Assembly: GCA_937952215.1 (NCBI GenBank)
Contig: CALFZH010000042.1
Span: 43,840 to 107,839 of the forward strand
Direction of reading: 5' to 3'
Source of the DNA: an uncultured bacterium
GTDB taxonomy: Bacteria > Planctomycetota > UBA1135 > UBA2386
DNA length: 64,000 nt
The translations under genes were made by a program, and so were the position numbers. Position 1 is the stretch's first letter. Every line of letters begins with the position of its first letter. Shown here in pieces: positions 61,346 to 64,000 of the stretch. The notes beneath the pieces are model-generated. The model was not told the origin of the DNA. It did no database searches and worked only from the letters and a program-made list of their open reading frames with translations.

Positions 61346-63442
61346 ATGCATCTCCGTCCCGTCGATTCCGCGTTTGCAGCAGCCCTGCTGCTCGGCTCCG
61401 TCACCGCGCAGAGCTACCAGCTGCACGGACCGACGCTCTTGCCCGCGCGCGTCGAAGCGCTCGCCTTCGATCCGGCGAGCGGTCGCCTCGCCGCGGCGAT
61501 GCGCAAGTCGGTCACCGTGTCGGTGCCTGCGGGCAGCCAGGAGCTGCACTTGCGCATCGGCACGCGCTGGCAGCGCGTCGACGAAGGGCTGTCCTGGATC
61601 CGGTTCCTGGTTGCCGACCGGCAACGTGGTCGGCTCGTCGGCATCGGTAACTCGCCCACGCAAGCGAATGCCGTCCATGCAGTCGAGTGGGACGGCACAT
61701 CGTGGACGCCGCCCGCTCCGCTGCAGCTGACGCAGAGCCCGAACGACATCCTCGCGTGCTACCACGAAGGCCTCGGCAAGGTCGTGTTCGTCGAGCCGAT
61801 GACGCGCACGATGACGTGGGATGGCAGCCAATGGCAGCAGCTCGGCACGGCGGTGCCGCCGCTGGGGACCGCCGATGGCGCGCTCGTCTACGACCGCGCG
61901 CGTTCCGTCGTCGTTCTGTGCACCCAGGGTCAGATCTGGGAGTTCGACACGGTGAGCTGGCAGCAGCGCAACGTCCCGGCGCCGCCCGTCGGCAACGACT
62001 TCGCGTTCGCCTACGACGAAGCGCGCCAGCGCTGTGTGCTGTTCGGTGGCCCCGCTTGGCCACAGGGAACCTGGGAGTACGACGGCACGCGTTGGCGCGC
62101 GTGCACTCCCACGCAGGTGCCGCCATGGCGGGCCCGGGCGTCGATGACGTTCGATCCCGCGCGTCAGCGACTCGTCATGCTGGGCGGAATCGCGGTCAAC
62201 CCCGTGACGCAGGTCGGTCTCTGGCACAACGACGAATGGGAGTGGGACGGGCGGGATTGGCTGCCGGTGCAGCAGGACCGGCGGCCACCGGACGACGGCG
62301 ACGTCGCCATGGTCGAAGAACCGGTGCACGGCGGAGTGCTGCTGACGACCACGGCGTGGACTTCCGGCGGCACCCGTATGTGGCGCTGGACGGGAGCCGA
62401 TTGGCAGGGACTCAGGCCCGGCGCCGCGCATCCGACGACGGTCAACGCCATGTGCAGCGATCCCTCGCGCGGCGCCATCTGGTGCTTCGACAGCGGGCTC
62501 GGCGCGAGGACCTGGCGTTTCGACGGCGTGACCTGGAAGCAGCTCGCACCCACGACGTCACCGGTCGCGCGCAGCGGTTCGGCGATGGCCTTCGATCGCG
62601 TGCGCAACGTCGCCGTGTTGTTCGGTGGCGACAACTACTTCACCACCTTCGACGACACCTGGGAGTGGGACGGGCTGACGTGGACGCTGCGCAACCCCGC
62701 GCACCGGCCGCCAGCACGCCAGCTGCACAGCATGGCCTTCGATCCAGTCAGCGGCCGCATCCTGATGAACGGCGGCACCAGCGGCCCGCAGTCGACCTGG
62801 GCATGGGATGGAACCGACTGGACCGACACCGGTCAGTTCAACTACGCCATCTATGGCAGTGCGGCGCGCATGGTCGAGTTCCGTGCGCTGAACCGAGTTC
62901 TGCTGTGGAACGGCGCTGGCTTGACCGCCGAGTGGGATGGCACGGCGTGGATTCCGTGGACGACGCTGATGCCCGCAGCGCTGCGGTCGGGGCGATTCCT
63001 CAAAGGCGCGTCGTTCGACGACACCCTCGTGGTGTTCGACGGTGCGCACACGTGGGTCCTGTCGCCGTTCGCCGCCTCTACGACCAGCTACGGTGCCGGG
63101 TGCGGTGCCGCGACGTCGCCGCGCCTCGCCGCCGGGGGCTCGCCGACGCCAGGGGCCAGGGACTTCGGTTTGTTGGTCGACCGCGCCGAGGCCAACGGGC
63201 TGTCGCTGCTGCTGGCTTCGACGGCGCCCGACAACGTGCCGGTGCTCGGGTGCACGTTGCTGCTGTTCCAGCCGATCCAGATCAGCGTGGCGGCGATCAA
63301 TGCCGGCGGCGCCGCGGCGCACGATCTCTGGCTGCCCGCGGGCAACGCACTGCGGGGGCTCGCGATCGACTGGCAGGCGGTCACGGTCGGCAGCAACGGC
63401 CTCGCGTTCACGCAGGGCGTGGAGACGGTGCTCGGTTACTGA
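61346..63442 (+). CDS. Secreted Kelch-like repeat beta-propeller protein with shared C-terminal module
   Basis: Track ORF 61316..63442. The ATG at 61346 gives MHLRPVDSAFAAALLLGSVTAQ (signal). Repeats ALVYDRARSVVVL, AFAYDEARQRCVLFGG, SMTFDPARQRLVMLGG, AMAFDRVRNVAVLFGG, SMAFDPVSGRILMNGG with W-E-(W/Y)-DG. C-terminal module SYGAGCG...VLGCTLLLF...WLPAGNALRGLAIDWQAVT...SNGLAFTQGVETVLGY. Confidence 0.85.
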   Translation: MHLRPVDSAFAAALLLGSVTAQSYQLHGPTLLPARVEALAFDPASGRLAAAMRKSVTVSVPAGSQELHLRIGTRWQRVDEGLSWIRFLVADRQRGRLVGIGNSPTQANAVHAVEWDGTSWTPPAPLQLTQSPNDILACYHEGLGKVVFVEPMTRTMTWDGSQWQQLGTAVPPLGTADGALVYDRARSVVVLCTQGQIWEFDTVSWQQRNVPAPPVGNDFAFAYDEARQRCVLFGGPAWPQGTWEYDGTRWRACTPTQVPPWRARASMTFDPARQRLVMLGGIAVNPVTQVGLWHNDEWEWDGRDWLPVQQDRRPPDDGDVAMVEEPVHGGVLLTTTAWTSGGTRMWRWTGADWQGLRPGAAHPTTVNAMCSDPSRGAIWCFDSGLGARTWRFDGVTWKQLAPTTSPVARSGSAMAFDRVRNVAVLFGGDNYFTTFDDTWEWDGLTWTLRNPAHRPPARQLHSMAFDPVSGRILMNGGTSGPQSTWAWDGTDWTDTGQFNYAIYGSAARMVEFRALNRVLLWNGAGLTAEWDGTAWIPWTTLMPAALRSGRFLKGASFDDTLVVFDGAHTWVLSPFAASTTSYGAGCGAATSPRLAAGGSPTPGARDFGLLVDRAEANGLSLLLASTAPDNVPVLGCTLLLFQPIQISVAAINAGGAAAHDLWLPAGNALRGLAIDWQAVTVGSNGLAFTQGVETVLGY

Positions 63443-63670
63443 CGGCGGCAGCGTTCCGCCCCGCGAGACGGCGACGTCGCGGCGCAGGGGGCGCGAGACA
63501 GTCCGTGGTCGACCGGGCCGTCGTGTGTTTCCCGCGCTCGATCCCGGCGCGTCCGCCGATCACGCGCGAGCGTGACACAGGTATTCGGGTGGACCTGCAG
63601 CCGCCGTCGAGCGGCGCGGAATCTGCGGAATCCGGGAACTCTCCGGGCGGCACCAGCACATCGCGACACC

Positions 63671-64000
63671 ATGACTCACGCCCCCGTGTTGCGCCCGGCT
63701 GTGGTCGGCGGCTGCCTCGCCAGCCTGATGGTGGCCTTGCCCGCCCAGGATCCCGACCGCAAGGCGTCGCTGGCGCGCGCCGCATCCGAACTGCCGCCGT
63801 CGACTCCAGCCGCATCGCAGGGCGGCGACCGGCCGACGCTGCGCCTGATCGACGTCAGCCTCAACCTGATGACCGCGGTCGGCACCTCGACCGAACGCGA
63901 CGGCGTGCTCGCCGACCTCAAGGGTGGCGCACACGACGCCAAGAAGCGCGGCTTCACGCTGCAGCAGGCCGAGCTGTCGCTGGTCGGCGCCGTCGACCCG
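63671..64000 (+). CDS. Exported protein, possibly an outer-membrane beta-barrel/porin-like family; 3'-partial at the window edge
   Basis: Not in the track because it is open-ended. Hand translation from the ATG at 63671: MTHAPVLRPAVVGGCLASLMVALPAQDP...TLRLIDVSLNLMTAVGTSTERDGVLADLKGGAHDAKKRGFTLQQAELSLVGAVDP. It has a signal peptide and stays open for 110 codons to the window end. Confidence 0.6.
   Translation, partial: MTHAPVLRPAVVGGCLASLMVALPAQDPDRKASLARAASELPPSTPAASQGGDRPTLRLIDVSLNLMTAVGTSTERDGVLADLKGGAHDAKKRGFTLQQAELSLVGAVDP

Overview
The window is visibly very GC-rich, with third codon positions almost always G/C. I did not compute an exact GC value. It is densely coding and looks like a diderm bacterium rich in secreted proteins and signalling genes. 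The style suggests Planctomycetota, Myxococcota or Gemmatimonadota, but taxonomy cannot be settled from this sequence alone. No rRNA, tRNA or CRISPR array was found. Because of the GC bias, most long ORFs in the track are antisense artefacts. I chose frames by protein plausibility, recognisable motifs and GC3.

Main content, left to right:
1. A cytochrome and beta-barrel cluster at 1-10884. It holds three multiheme c-type cytochromes with 33 heme-binding motifs in total, plus an outer-membrane beta-barrel. One cytochrome is open-ended at the window edge and therefore absent from the ORF track.
2. A macro-domain protein next to a large unknown protein.
3. An ECF sigma factor divergent from a Ser/Thr kinase with a beta-propeller region.
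4. A decayed mosaic junction: a transporter N-terminal fragment, a 5'-truncated SDR, and a lower-GC methyltransferase insert.
5. Several very large secreted repeat proteins (Kelch-like, PPC-like, and other repeat types).
6. A B12-binding radical SAM enzyme and a GNAT acetyltransferase.
7. A degenerate IS91-family transposase remnant.
8. A long co-directional signalling cluster: histidine kinase, response regulator, HEAT-repeat protein, lipoprotein, a TM protein with carboxypeptidase-regulatory-like domains, and a TPR Ser/Thr kinase.
9. An ECF sigma factor fused in frame to a TM helix and an extracytoplasmic domain that carries a CXXCH motif.

The three observations I rate highest:
- A roughly 110-135 aa C-terminal module is shared by six otherwise unrelated giant secreted proteins and by two small stand-alone ORFs.
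- The membrane-tethered sigma fusion has a heme-c-type motif, and a decayed paralogue of it lies about 6.4 kb upstream (sigma remnant at 43798-43909 versus the fusion start at 50294).
- The beta-barrel plus multiheme cytochrome set resembles a porin-cytochrome conduit.

Limits: all function calls rest on motif recognition from memory, with no database search. Starts I reassigned by hand were checked for frame against the ORF track but could still be wrong. Near 60586-60601 my reading of the printed sequence and the ORF track differed by 1 nt, and I followed the track.
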